This document shows, in pieces, positions 11,679-21,358 of a stretch of DNA of 64,000 bases. Position 1 is the first letter of the stretch. Each line of letters opens with the position of its first letter. The translations under genes were made by a program, and so were the position numbers. The stretch comes from an uncultured Acidobacteriota bacterium (lineage in GTDB: Bacteria > Acidobacteriota > Thermoanaerobaculia > UBA5066). The notes beneath the pieces are model-generated. The model had not been told where the DNA came from. It saw nothing but the letters and a program-made list of their open reading frames with translations, and did not search any database. The DNA lies in NCBI GenBank assembly GCA_963776915.1, contig CAVZPE010000025.1:6701-70700 (forward strand), given 5' to 3'.

Positions 11679-12450
11679 TCCGGAACGCCTCGCGCACCTC
11701 GCCGAGCGGCGCGCCTCCCGCCCCGAAGCTCCGCTCGACGAAACGGACGTCTCCCTCCGTCACGACGACGGACGTCGACGCCCGGGTCCCGTAGTCCGGC
11801 AGGACGACGAACGCCGCCGAGAGCGCCCGCTCCCGCTCGAGCGGCAGACCCGTGTCCGGAAGCGCGACGTCGGAGGCGAGAGATCGATCTCCGAGAAGGT
11901 CGAGCAGGCGGCGCTTCGAGCTCCTGCGGCGTCCGTCGCGCCTCGCGACGGCGCGTTCCGAGCCGGCCCCGCGCGGCGATGACCTTCGGCCACGGCGTCT
12001 CGAGGAGGTGGTTCGAGAGGCCGTAGACGCCGGGAGGAAGAGAGACCGCGCTCGCCCTCGACGTTGGAGAAGGAGATCAGCTCGGTTCCATCCGAGAGAA
12101 GGAGATTGAATCCTTCGAATGAATCCGCGACGGTCCGAATGCGCGAGAGGAATTCTCGCGCGGTCTCTTCACCTCTAAGAAAATCTCTTGCGAGCGTGCC
12201 CCGAGACGGGGCGCCGCCCTTGCGCGCCGCCGTCAGCGTCGCGGAAGTTCGTCAGCGCCGCGAAGCGGCCGGTGCGCGTCACGCCGAGCCACGTGCCGCC
12301 CGCCTCGAGGTCGCGGCCGCCGAAGACCCACGGCGCGTCCGTCCACCACGCGGCGGGCGCCGCCGGCCGGGCGAGGAACTCGTCGCGGTTCGCCGCGACC
12401 GCGAGCCGGATCCCCGGCGCCGCCTTCCAGGCGAGGACGATCAGGCACAT
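11647..12450 (-). CDS. NRDE/TANGO2 family protein (frameshifted)
   Basis: MCLIV...ANRDEF...GGTWLG...LTNFR, then SRG...DFL...GFNLL...GLSNH...YGTRAST in shifted frames. Confidence 0.88.
12101..12187. repeat. Inverted pair of dispersed motif (locus 2, inside NRDE CDS)
   Basis: Weak left arm GGAGATTGAATCCTTCGAATGAAT; strong right arm CTCTTCACCTCTAAGAAAATCTC (12165-12187). Confidence 0.65.
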
Positions 12451-12468
12451 GGCGCCCTCAGCACGCCC

Positions 12469-12852
12469 TCAGCGCGCCCTCGCGGACGCCGCGAAGACCG
12501 TGACCTCGCGCCGCGCCGCGAGCGTGGCCTCGCCCTCCCGCGCCCGGCCCGTCGAGACGACGCGCAGGCGGCCGTCCGGCAGCTCGTCCGTCGCGACCGC
12601 GATCTCGCCGCCCTCGACGCGGAGCGTCGCGGACGGCAGGCCGCCGCGCGCGAGGAGCGTCCCGCGCGCCCAGTCCGTGCCCGAGCGCGCGAGCTCGGAC
12701 GCGTACTGCGCGTTCGCGCGGCGGCGCGAGGACGCGAGGTCCGTGAGGAGGACCGTCGCGAGGACTCCGAGGACGAGCCCGAAGATCGTGAGGATGCCGA
12801 GGACGAGGAGGAGCGAGCTCCCCCGCCGGCCCGAGGCCGCGCCGCGCCTCAT
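12469..12852 (-). CDS. PilX/GspK-like minor pseudopilin
   Basis: RRG|SSLLLVLGIL prepilin-like site lacking E5, followed by A..LA.SG..WA. Confidence 0.65.
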   Translation of the reverse strand: MRRGAASGRRGSSLLLVLGILTIFGLVLGVLATVLLTDLASSRRRANAQYASELARSGTDWARGTLLARGGLPSATLRVEGGEIAVATDELPDGRLRVVSTGRAREGEATLAARREVTVFAASARAR

Positions 12853-13340
12853 CGCGCGGGCTCCGTCGGGCGCCCGCACGCGAGCGCGACACGCTCCGGG
12901 CCCGACCCGTCGTCCCAGACGAGGAGGAGCCGCCCGGCCGCGAGCTCGTCGGCGTCGAGCGCGAGCGTCCCGGGCAGGTCCCACGTCGTCGTCGCGCGGA
13001 CGACGTCGCCGCCGGGCTTCTTCCGCGTGGTCGTCCGCTCCGCCGTCCCGTCCCCGAACGTCCACGCGACGTCCGGATCCTCGTCGCGCTCGGGCGGCAG
13101 CTGCAGCCGGAAGGCCGCCGCCGGGAACGGCGGCGAGACGAGCGCCCCGGAGGAGCGTCCCGCGTCGGCCTCGAGGCGGTCGACGAGGAGGGGCCACGTG
13201 TCGATCCCGAGGCTCCGCGCGTTCAGGCCCGCCTGCTGGCGGAGGAGACCGAGCGCGACCGGCAGCAGCGCGAAGAGGAGGACGACGCCGATCATGACGA
13301 CGACGCACATCTCGACGAGGGAGACGCCGCGGCGCGTCAC
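12849..13340 (-). CDS. Prepilin-type (GspJ/PilW-like) minor pseudopilin
   Basis: RRG|VSLVE plus hydrophobic helix; GTGA overlap with upstream gene. Confidence 0.7.
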   Translation of the reverse strand: MTRRGVSLVEMCVVVMIGVVLLFALLPVALGLLRQQAGLNARSLGIDTWPLLVDRLEADAGRSSGALVSPPFPAAAFRLQLPPERDEDPDVAWTFGDGTAERTTTRKKPGGDVVRATTTWDLPGTLALDADELAAGRLLLVWDDGSGPERVALACGRPTEPAR

Positions 13341-13735
13341 GGCGGCGCGACCCCCCGGAAGACGAACCCTTCCTGGACGAGGCGCTTGCGTGCGGCGGCG
13401 CCGTACCCGATCTCGAGCGTGACGCGGTAGAGGCCGTCCACGTCGGTGGACCGCACGCTGAGGACGGGGTCGCGCGCGTCGAGCCCGTCCACGAAGACGC
13501 CGGGGCCCGCGAAGGGGCGCCTGTCCTTCGGGAAGAGGTCGTGCCGGAACGCCGTCCTCAGGTACGTCCACTCGCTCGCGAGGGCGCGCGCGGCGCGGTC
13601 GCGGTCGAGCCGCTCGGCCTCGAGGGCGCGGCGGCGCGCGAGGAAGCTCGCGCCGAGCGTGAGGACGATGCCGAGAATCGCGAGCGACACGAGCGCCTCG
13701 AGGAGGAAGACTCCCCGTGTCCGTCGCCCTTTCAC
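13337..13735 (-). CDS. Prepilin-type (GspI/PilV-like) minor pseudopilin
   Basis: RRTRG|VFLLEALVSLAILG type IV prepilin cleavage motif. Confidence 0.72.
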   Translation of the reverse strand: MKGRRTRGVFLLEALVSLAILGIVLTLGASFLARRRALEAERLDRDRAARALASEWTYLRTAFRHDLFPKDRRPFAGPGVFVDGLDARDPVLSVRSTDVDGLYRVTLEIGYGAAARKRLVQEGFVFRGVAPP

Positions 13736-13821
13736 GGTTCGATTATTCCCCGGCCGCGAAGCGCCCGGGCGGTTTGACCTCTTCCGCCGCCCGTTTGCGT
13801 TTACCGGGACAGGAGGACCCC

Positions 13822-14733
13822 ATGCCACGACCGCACGCGCCCCGGGCAGCCTTCCTCGCCGCCGTCCTCCTCGCCGCCGCGCCCGCGCCGACGCTCGCGC
13901 AGCCGGCGCCGCCGGGCGCCGGCCTCCGCGTCACCGTGACGAGCGCGGGCCGGCCCGCCGCCGGCGCGGTCGTGTGCGTGGGCACGACCTCGGACCGGAA
14001 CCAGTTCTTCCAGGGCGTGGCGGACGGGCAGGGACACGCGTCGTTCTCCTCCGTACCGGAAGGGGCCTTCGTCGTGACGGCCCGTTCCGGGAACCGCGGC
14101 GCCTCCGGGAGCTTCTCGATCGCACGACCCGGCGGCGTGCCCTTCTTCTCGGCGGCGATCTCCCTTCCGCAGGCGCCGGGCGGGCCCTCCTGCCCCACGA
14201 CGCCTGCCGGACCGGACCGCCGGATCGGGGCCGGGATCGGCGCCGCGGTCGCGCGCATCACGCCGGTCCCGATCCCGACGAGCGTCGTGCTGAATCTCGG
14301 CAAGCCGTGCTTCGGAGCCCTCGGCGCGGACTGCGGCCAGCCGCAGGGCCTGATTCCGCAGTCGGCCCTCTGCTCGGGCGGCACGTGCTTCATCAACGGC
14401 GGGAGCTGGGACCACGACGAGTGCTGCTTCCGGAACCCCGGAGGCGTCGCCTGCAACCTTCCGCACCCCGACGACGGCAGCGGCACGTGCGGCGCCGCCT
14501 TCGCGAAGGCCGTCCGCCTCGCGGCGAAGGGACTCTTCTGGTCGCGTCGGATCGACTTCAACGAAAGGAACCGGACGGGCACCGTCGTCTTCGCCGAGTA
14601 CTGCGCGCCCGCGAACGCGCTCGTGCCGCCGGCGGACGGGGTCAAGTGCTGCTCGCGGGCGACGCGGGCGCTCAACGCCGCCGAAGCCGCCGCCGCGGTC
14701 GCCGCGGGCGAGAGCCTCGTGGCCTGCCGTTAA
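13822..14733 (+). CDS. Secreted protein: carboxypeptidase-regulatory-like beta-sandwich plus Cys-rich C-terminal domain
   Basis: AGGAGG RBS, signal peptide ending TLAQ, ~11 Cys in C-terminal half, WDHDECC. Confidence 0.7.
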   Translation: MPRPHAPRAAFLAAVLLAAAPAPTLAQPAPPGAGLRVTVTSAGRPAAGAVVCVGTTSDRNQFFQGVADGQGHASFSSVPEGAFVVTARSGNRGASGSFSIARPGGVPFFSAAISLPQAPGGPSCPTTPAGPDRRIGAGIGAAVARITPVPIPTSVVLNLGKPCFGALGADCGQPQGLIPQSALCSGGTCFINGGSWDHDECCFRNPGGVACNLPHPDDGSGTCGAAFAKAVRLAAKGLFWSRRIDFNERNRTGTVVFAEYCAPANALVPPADGVKCCSRATRALNAAEAAAAVAAGESLVACR

Positions 14734-15350
14734 CGCAGGCTCGAGGCGAGCTTCTTGGCGGCGCGGTCGCCCGCGTCCTCGGCGGCCTGCGCCTCGGCCT
14801 CGGTGTTCGAGGCGCTCACCTCGGCGGTCCCGTTGCGCCCGGTCACCTCGAAGGTCTTCGCCGCGGTCCCGGCCTCGCCGACGAGCGTGACGACGACCGA
14901 GCAGTCCGCGTCGTAGGTGACGACGACGGTCTCCACGCGCTGCGGCACGCCCGACACGCCCGTCTGCCGGTCGTAGTAACGACCCTCGTGCCGGTTGATG
15001 GAGCACGGGGACATCAGGAGGCCGACGTACAGGTCGCCCGGGTAGTCCCGGCGGAACGCGGCGGACGCCTCGCCGGGCGCCCCGACGTCGGCGAGGTGCG
15101 CGCCGGAGAGCCGGGCGTCCACGATCACGCCGACGCCGCGGTCGCTCGCCGCCGAGAGGAAACGGGAGACGAAGCGGTCCAGCTCGGGGCCGGGCCCCTT
15201 GGCCTCGACGAGGACGAGGCGCTTCTTCGCGGCGCCCGACGCGGCCGCGGGCGTCGACGCGGAGGTGCCGGAAGCGCAGCCGGAGGAGAGGGCGGTGACG
15301 GCGGCCAGAGCGGCGAGGGCGGCGGAGGCCGCGGCGCGGGGTCGCATCAT
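14730..15350 (-). CDS. Hypothetical lipoprotein
   Basis: MMRPRAAASAALAALAAVTALSSG|C lipobox. Confidence 0.65.
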   Translation of the reverse strand: MMRPRAAASAALAALAAVTALSSGCASGTSASTPAAASGAAKKRLVLVEAKGPGPELDRFVSRFLSAASDRGVGVIVDARLSGAHLADVGAPGEASAAFRRDYPGDLYVGLLMSPCSINRHEGRYYDRQTGVSGVPQRVETVVVTYDADCSVVVTLVGEAGTAAKTFEVTGRNGTAEVSASNTEAEAQAAEDAGDRAAKKLASSLR

Positions 15351-16383
15351 GGCAGCGCAGTGTACGCCCGCGCGACGACGTCTCCGCGCCGCTCCGCGAG
15401 GGTGACGTCGAGCGTGTGCGGCGCCGCGTCCGGGGCGACGCAGACGAGAACCCAGCGCCCCGCGAGGGCGCGCGCCACGCGCTCGACGGCCCCGCCCGCG
15501 AACAGGTTCGTCTTCGCGTACGTCCCGCCGGTCGCCGCCGACGCGACCTGGAGCGTCGTCTCGAGCGTGTGCCAGTCCGCGTCCGAGGTGTCGAGCGTGA
15601 AGACGTTCGCCCGCGCGCGCATGAGGGCGGCGATGGCGCGATCGTAGAGGACGCCCTCGATCGGCGCCCGGTTCGCGAAGAACCCCCAGCCCGCGAAGAC
15701 GACGGCCTTGGCGCCCGGGATCGGCGCGAGGGCCGACGCGACGAGCTCGAGCGCGCGCTCGACGTGCGCGGCCTTGCGCGCTTCGACGAAGTCCAGGTTC
15801 GCGGCGAGGGACGGATACGGCGAGACCCTCACGTCGGTGTCGCGGCTCGAGCCGAGGCCGAGCCGGAACGCCTCGTCGAGCACGGCGCGGTCGTTCGTGA
15901 AGTCCGTCAGGACCGTCAGGTGCGAGAAGAACCGCACGACCGCCACGCGGTCCGTCGGCAGCAGCCGGTCGAGGAGCCGGTGGAGCTCCTGGTTGACGCG
16001 CATCAGGCCCTTCGTCCGCTGGCGGCCGATGTCTCCCTCCACGAAGAGGACGATGAGCCGGCCGGGCGGATACGGCGGCGGGGCGGGCGCCGACGCGCCC
16101 TCCGGGGGCCGGCGGAGCGGCGACCGGGCCCTCGGGCGCGCCGGCCGCGACGAACTCCGCGGACTCGACCTCGAGCGGCTTGCCGTCGGCCTTGACGACG
16201 AAGTCGGACGCGACGAGATCGGTGATCGGGTCGCCGTTCTCGTCCGTCACGTACGCGTCGACGACGAGCCGCACGACCTGCTCGGACCGCACGATGCGCG
16301 CGGCCGGCTTCTCGTCGTCCGCCGGGGCCGGCGCGGCGGAGCGCGAAGAGCGCGAGGAGCGCGAGGAGCGCGGCGCGGCGCAC
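15347..16383 (-). CDS. VWFA-related secreted protein (frameshifted)
   Basis: VRLVVDAYVTDENGDPITDL..SDF N-module, then PTDRVAVVRF, GAKAVVF and ATGG in the shifted frame. Confidence 0.75.
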
Positions 16384-16413
16384 GGGGCGATTCTCCTCCC
16401 GTATGCTCCCGCC

Positions 16414-17436
16414 GTGAATGCTCCGGCGGACCTCCTCGTCGTCGGCGCCGGGCCCGTCGGGCTCGCGTGCGCGCTGGAGGCGTCGCGGCGCTCCCTCACG
16501 CACGTCGTCCTGGAGAAGGGCGCCCTCCTGAACACGCTCGTGGGCTGGCCGACCCACGTCGTCTTCTTCTCGACGCCGGACCTCCTCGAGATCGGCGGCC
16601 ACCCGTTCGTCTCGTCCGGGCCGAAGCCGACCCGCCGCGAGGGCCTCGACTACTACCGGAAGGTCGCCGAGCGCGAGAAGCTCGACATGCGCCTCTTCAC
16701 GCCGGTCGAGGACCTCCGGAGGGAGGACGGGCTCTTCGCAGCCTCGACGCCGAAGGGGACGTTCCGCGCGCGCGCCGCCGTCGTCGCGACGGGGTTCTTC
16801 GACACGCCGAATCTCCTCGGCGTCCCCGGCGAGGACCTCCCGAAGGTCTCCCACTACTACCGCGAGCCCTACGCCCACGCCGGCACGGACGTTCTCGTCG
16901 TCGGCGGGAAGAACTCGGCCGTCGAGGCCGCGCTGGACCTCTACCGCCACGGCGCACGCGTCACGATGGCCGTCCGCGGCCCGGCGTTCGGGTCGAGCGT
17001 GAAGTACTGGCTCAGGCCCGACGTCGAGAACCGCGTGAAGGAGGGCTCGATCCGCGCCTTCTTCGGCACGACGGTCGCGCGCATCGAGGAGGGCGCGGTC
17101 GCGCTCCGCGGAAGCGGCGTCCCCGCGTCGCTGCCGAACGACTTCGTCTACGCGCTGACGGGATACCGGCCGGACTTCCCGTTCCTGAGACGAATCGGGG
17201 TCGGGATCACGGAGGGCCTCGACGTCGTCCACGATCCCGCGACGATGGAGACGTCCGTGCCGGGTCTCTACGTCGCGGGCGTCGTGGCGGCAGGACGCCA
17301 GATCGGGAGCCTCTTCATCGAGAACGGCCGCATCCACGCGGTGCGGATCGTCGGCCATCTCCTCGCCCGGCCGGGAGCGGCAGCGCGGGCCCCGCTCGAG
17401 GTCCCGCCGCTCCGCAGGTTCCAGGACGGCGACTGA
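16414..17436 (+). CDS. ypdA: YpdA-family flavin disulfide oxidoreductase (putative bacillithiol disulfide reductase)
   Basis: GAGPVG, FFSTPDLLEIG, HYYREPY, GGKNSAVEAAL, VKYWL, FIENGRIH. Confidence 0.85.
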   Translation: MNAPADLLVVGAGPVGLACALEASRRSLTHVVLEKGALLNTLVGWPTHVVFFSTPDLLEIGGHPFVSSGPKPTRREGLDYYRKVAEREKLDMRLFTPVEDLRREDGLFAASTPKGTFRARAAVVATGFFDTPNLLGVPGEDLPKVSHYYREPYAHAGTDVLVVGGKNSAVEAALDLYRHGARVTMAVRGPAFGSSVKYWLRPDVENRVKEGSIRAFFGTTVARIEEGAVALRGSGVPASLPNDFVYALTGYRPDFPFLRRIGVGITEGLDVVHDPATMETSVPGLYVAGVVAAGRQIGSLFIENGRIHAVRIVGHLLARPGAAARAPLEVPPLRRFQDGD

Positions 17437-17438
17437 CG

Positions 17439-18059
17439 GTGGCCGGCGCGAGGAGGACCGCCTTCACGCTCGTCGCGGGACTCACCGCCCTCGTCGTCGT
17501 CGTGCGCCTCGCACCGGCCGTCAAGCGCATGCTCGTCCTCGGCGACCGCGTCCGGGGCAGCCCCGTCCGGGACCTCAAGGGGCGCGGCTTCGCCCTGACG
17601 CTGCCGCCCGACCTGTGGTACGTCGCGCGACAGCGCCGCTTCGAGCTCACGGACGGAGGCGACCCGACGGACCCGGGCCGCCCGGTCCTCGAGCAGAGGC
17701 TGCTGCGCGCCGACGGGCGGGCGCACCTCGCCGTCGTGTCCTGGCGCCTGCCGGGAGGCGGCAGCCTCGACCTCGACGCGGCTGCGGCGCGCGTGTCGGA
17801 CGGATCCTCGCGGAAGCTCGCGAAGTGGAGGCTCCTCGACGTCACCCCGCTGCCCGGCCGCGGCGGCACGCGCGTCCTCCACGCCACGGCGTGGCTCGAG
17901 GATCGGGACGTCGAGCTCCTCTGGGGGCTCTATCCGAACGGCCAGGCGCTCGTCGGCGTGGTGCTCGCCGCGGACCGCGGGGCGTTCGAAAATCTGCGCA
18001 AGGAGCTGGACGGGATCCTCGCCTCGTTCCGGACGACGCAACTCGCCCCGCCCGGCTGA
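17439..18059 (+). CDS. Hypothetical membrane-anchored protein
   Basis: N-terminal TM, host-like codon usage, C-terminal LDGILASFR. Confidence 0.6.
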   Translation: MAGARRTAFTLVAGLTALVVVVRLAPAVKRMLVLGDRVRGSPVRDLKGRGFALTLPPDLWYVARQRRFELTDGGDPTDPGRPVLEQRLLRADGRAHLAVVSWRLPGGGSLDLDAAAARVSDGSSRKLAKWRLLDVTPLPGRGGTRVLHATAWLEDRDVELLWGLYPNGQALVGVVLAADRGAFENLRKELDGILASFRTTQLAPPG

Positions 18060-18097
18060 CCGATCAGCCGGGATTCCCCGTCACGCGTCTCGAGGCG

Positions 18098-19132
18098 TCA
18101 CTTCTCCGCCGTCTTCGCGGGGGCTTCCGGAACCGGCTCCGGCGCATCGGGGAAGGGATTGACCCTGTTCTCGATGGGCGCGAGCGTCTTCAGGAACCCG
18201 TAGATCGCGCCGAGGTCCTCGTCCGTCATTTCGGACAGCGCGAGCCAGGGCATGAGGGTGTTGCGGCCCTTCGTCGCGATGGGCGCCGCATCCCCCGTGA
18301 GGCTCCGGAACGAGCGGAAGCGTCCGATGAACTCCTCCTTGGTCGCACGGCCGAGGTACGCGTCCTTGTGCGGCGTCAGGTTCGGCGACACGTTTCGGCC
18401 CCAGGGCCCCTGGAAGACCCTCCCGCCCGCGTACTCGCGGCCGGGTACCGGCGCGCCCGGCCGCGTCTCGGGCGTGTGACAGCCGCTGCAGCCCCCGATC
18501 ACCGTGAGGTACCGGCCATAGCCGATCCGGTCCGTCCTCGGGTCCGGCGCGGTGACGGGCCCGTCGACCGGCTTCGGCGCCCCCTTGACGAGGAGGTTCA
18601 CCGGAAAGTCGATCCTCTTCGCGGGGACCGCGTTGCGGATCGGGCGGAGAGCGCGGAGGTAGACGACGATCGCTCGCGCATCGTCGTCGCTCATCTCGTG
18701 GTACGCGGCATACGGCATCATCGGGAAGATCGCGTTGCCGTCGCGATCGACGCCCTCGCGGATCGCGCGGAGGATCTCGCCGTCCGTCCACCGCCCGAGG
18801 CCGGTCTGCGGGTCGGGCGTTATGTTGCGGGCGTAGACGACCCCGGGGATCCCGAACTCCTTGCCGAAGCCGAAGCCGCCCTTCCCCTCGCTGCCCGGGA
18901 CGCGCGGCAGCCCGAAGCGCTCGAACCTCGCCTCCGAGTGGCAGAGGAGGCAGTCCACGACGTGGAGCGCGAGGTACTCGCCGCGCGCGAGCCGCGCGGG
19001 CGTCGCCTCGATCTTCTCCGCCGAAGCGGGCCTCTGTGCCGGCTTCTTCACGGCCAGGTATGCGATGGCGGCGCCCGCCACGACGGCGAGCATGCACACG
19101 ACGAGAACGAGACCCTTGATCAAACGCTTCAT
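18098..19132 (-). CDS. Diheme cytochrome c
   Basis: CLLCH and CSGCH; NITPD..TGLG.W, MMPY; N-terminal TM. Confidence 0.9.
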   Translation of the reverse strand: MKRLIKGLVLVVCMLAVVAGAAIAYLAVKKPAQRPASAEKIEATPARLARGEYLALHVVDCLLCHSEARFERFGLPRVPGSEGKGGFGFGKEFGIPGVVYARNITPDPQTGLGRWTDGEILRAIREGVDRDGNAIFPMMPYAAYHEMSDDDARAIVVYLRALRPIRNAVPAKRIDFPVNLLVKGAPKPVDGPVTAPDPRTDRIGYGRYLTVIGGCSGCHTPETRPGAPVPGREYAGGRVFQGPWGRNVSPNLTPHKDAYLGRATKEEFIGRFRSFRSLTGDAAPIATKGRNTLMPWLALSEMTDEDLGAIYGFLKTLAPIENRVNPFPDAPEPVPEAPAKTAEK

Positions 19133-19164
19133 GCGCGGAGATTACGACGACCCCCGCCGCGAAT

Positions 19165-20571
19165 TCACCGCCCCAGGGGCAGTCGCAGAAACACGAGGTC
19201 CTCGAGCCGGTCCGCCGCCGGAAGGACGCCGTCCGCCCCGAGGGCGTCGACCTGGCTGTTCGCGACGTAGACGTAGTCGTCGCCGACGACGGTCCCGCCC
19301 ACGGGGACCCGGTAGGACGGGTGCGCGCAGTCGAGGATCTCGACCGCCGAAAACGACGCGCCATCCGGCTCGAGCGTCCAGCGGCCGACGCGCCCGAGGC
19401 TCACCGAGCCCATGACGCCGACGAGGGAGTTCCGGTGGAGGACGAGCCCGTCGAGCTCGATCGGCCACGGCCCGGGGGGCTGGTCGAGGAGCGTCGGCTT
19501 TCCGGTCGACGGGTCGAGACGGTAGACGCCGCGCGCGAGGTCGGCGACCCACACGCGCGCGCCGTCGGGCGAGACGGCGATTCCCTTCGGGGCGATGAAG
19601 GTCCTCGCCGGTGCGACGACCTCGAGCTCGGGCGCTCCGGCGCGGAGGCGATGGATCTCCCCGGAGACCGTGTCGGCGACCCAGACGTTCCCCTTGCCGT
19701 CGACCGCGAGGCCGCCGAACGAGTGCGGGGGTTTCGTCATGGGCGACCAGCGGCCGAGAAGGGCGCCGCTCGCGAGGTCGAAGGCGACGAGCTGCGAGCG
19801 TCCGAAGTCCTCGGGGCGGGCGCCCTCCATGGCGGGATCGGCGGCGGTGACCGCCCACAAGCGGCCTCGCGGCGCGTCCACCTTCACGCCGAGGACGGCG
19901 TCGAGCGGCCCGGCGGCGGAGCCCGCGAAGTCGGCGAACGCGGCCGGCGCGCCCGGGGCGCCGGGCGTCACCCGCACGATCTTGCGCTTCCTGAGGCTCG
20001 CGACGTAGAAGGCCTTCCCCCGCGGATCCCAGGCGAGATCGCCCGGGAGGAGGTCCCGCGCGGCGAGCGTGAACGCGACCGTCGACCGGTGCGTCTTCGG
20101 GGCCTGCGCGCGCAGGAACGCGAGGAGGTCGTGGAACCGCGGGTCGGTCATCGCCGGGCCGAAGGACTTGGGGATCGGCTCCAGGCAGCTGTTCAGCCGC
20201 CAGAGCTGGTTCAGCCACTCGAGCGTGGCCGGCGCATTGCCTTCCCGGGCGTAGGCCATGGCGGCGAGGTACGCCGCCGCGTCGTCGGTCGGGTTGAAAG
20301 AGAACGCGCGCTGGAAGCCCTCGGCCGACCCCGCCCAGTATTTCCGGCTGAGGTCGAAGTGCCCCGCGGTATACCCGTTCGCGATCGCCGCCGCCCTCTG
20401 CGCGCCGAGCTTCGGGGTCGGGGGCGAAGCGGGCGCCGCGCCGCCGAGCATCGCGCACCCCGTCGCGGCGACGGCCACGGTGACGGCCATGGCGACGACC
20501 ATCGTGCCCGCCGGGAACTGCCGCGCCCGCTCAGCTCGCGTCGCCGTCTTCATCGCCGCCATCGACGTCAT
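19165..20571 (-). CDS. Lipoprotein with TPR-like N-terminus and SMP-30/gluconolactonase-like beta-propeller
   Basis: AATG|C lipobox; GLAVDGKGNVWVAD and GIAVSPDG repeats. Start uncertain. Confidence 0.7.
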   Translation of the reverse strand: MTSMAAMKTATRAERARQFPAGTMVVAMAVTVAVAATGCAMLGGAAPASPPTPKLGAQRAAAIANGYTAGHFDLSRKYWAGSAEGFQRAFSFNPTDDAAAYLAAMAYAREGNAPATLEWLNQLWRLNSCLEPIPKSFGPAMTDPRFHDLLAFLRAQAPKTHRSTVAFTLAARDLLPGDLAWDPRGKAFYVASLRKRKIVRVTPGAPGAPAAFADFAGSAAGPLDAVLGVKVDAPRGRLWAVTAADPAMEGARPEDFGRSQLVAFDLASGALLGRWSPMTKPPHSFGGLAVDGKGNVWVADTVSGEIHRLRAGAPELEVVAPARTFIAPKGIAVSPDGARVWVADLARGVYRLDPSTGKPTLLDQPPGPWPIELDGLVLHRNSLVGVMGSVSLGRVGRWTLEPDGASFSAVEILDCAHPSYRVPVGGTVVGDDYVYVANSQVDALGADGVLPAADRLEDLVFLRLPLGR

Positions 20572-21310
20572 TCTCCCAGAGACTCGCCTGGTTCGGCCTC
20601 GCCGCCCGCTTTTTCGGCGGCCGCGCGGGCTCGGGCCCGGGCGGCTCGAGGACGGAGGGGCCGTCGTTCGCGGGCGCGTTCACGTGCCGCGAGACCGCGA
20701 AGACCTCCATCGCCGCCGCATCCAACGGTTCGAAAAGGGGCGTGAGTCGGGCCGGATCCTGCATCTCGGCGTCGAGCCAGACCTCCTCGCCTTCGGGCGA
20801 GAGGATCACGGGCATGCGGTCGTGAAGCGTCCCGACGAGCTCGTTCGGCCGCGTCGTCAGGATCGCAAAGGTGCGCAGGGGAGGCCCGGAGCGCGGCCTC
20901 CACGTGTCGAAGATTCCCGCGAACGCGAATGGGCGCCGCGACTTCAGCCGGATCGCGAAGGGCTCGCGGCCGCGCTCGCCCTTCTTCCACTCGAAGAACC
21001 CGTCCGCGGGCACGAGAGCGCGGCTCCGCCGGAGCGGCTCCTTGAACGTCGGCTTGCCCGCCGCGGTCTCGGCGCGCGCGTTGATCGGCCGGCCGGCGTC
21101 CTCCGGGGCGCCGGCCCACGCCGGGACGAGGCCCCAGCGCATCGGCTCGAGAACGCGCGCACCCTTCACGCGCGGGTCGGCGCGCACGACGGGCAGGTCC
21201 TGCCCCGGCGCCGCGTTCCAGCGCGGCAGGAGCGGCACCCTCTCGCCGCGCACGTGAAAGCGCGACGCGAGGACGTCGGTCGGCGTCACGAGCCAGTAGC
21301 GGCCGCACAC
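20531..21310 (-). CDS. SOS response-associated peptidase (SRAP/YedK/HMCES family)
   Basis: (M)CGRY N-terminus, INARAET, GFFEW, HDRMPVIL. Confidence 0.95.
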   Translation of the reverse strand: MCGRYWLVTPTDVLASRFHVRGERVPLLPRWNAAPGQDLPVVRADPRVKGARVLEPMRWGLVPAWAGAPEDAGRPINARAETAAGKPTFKEPLRRSRALVPADGFFEWKKGERGREPFAIRLKSRRPFAFAGIFDTWRPRSGPPLRTFAILTTRPNELVGTLHDRMPVILSPEGEEVWLDAEMQDPARLTPLFEPLDAAAMEVFAVSRHVNAPANDGPSVLEPPGPEPARPPKKRAARPNQASLWENDVDGGDEDGDAS

Positions 21311-21358
21311 GTGACCATTGTGCCCCGGGGACCGCGCCGGCGCGCGAGCGCCCCGGCT

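Noticed and set aside
16335-16380. Short tandem repeat GAGCGCGAG/GAGCGCGAA
   Set aside because: Encodes the LLALLALFAL signal peptide on the minus strand; a codon-level repeat.
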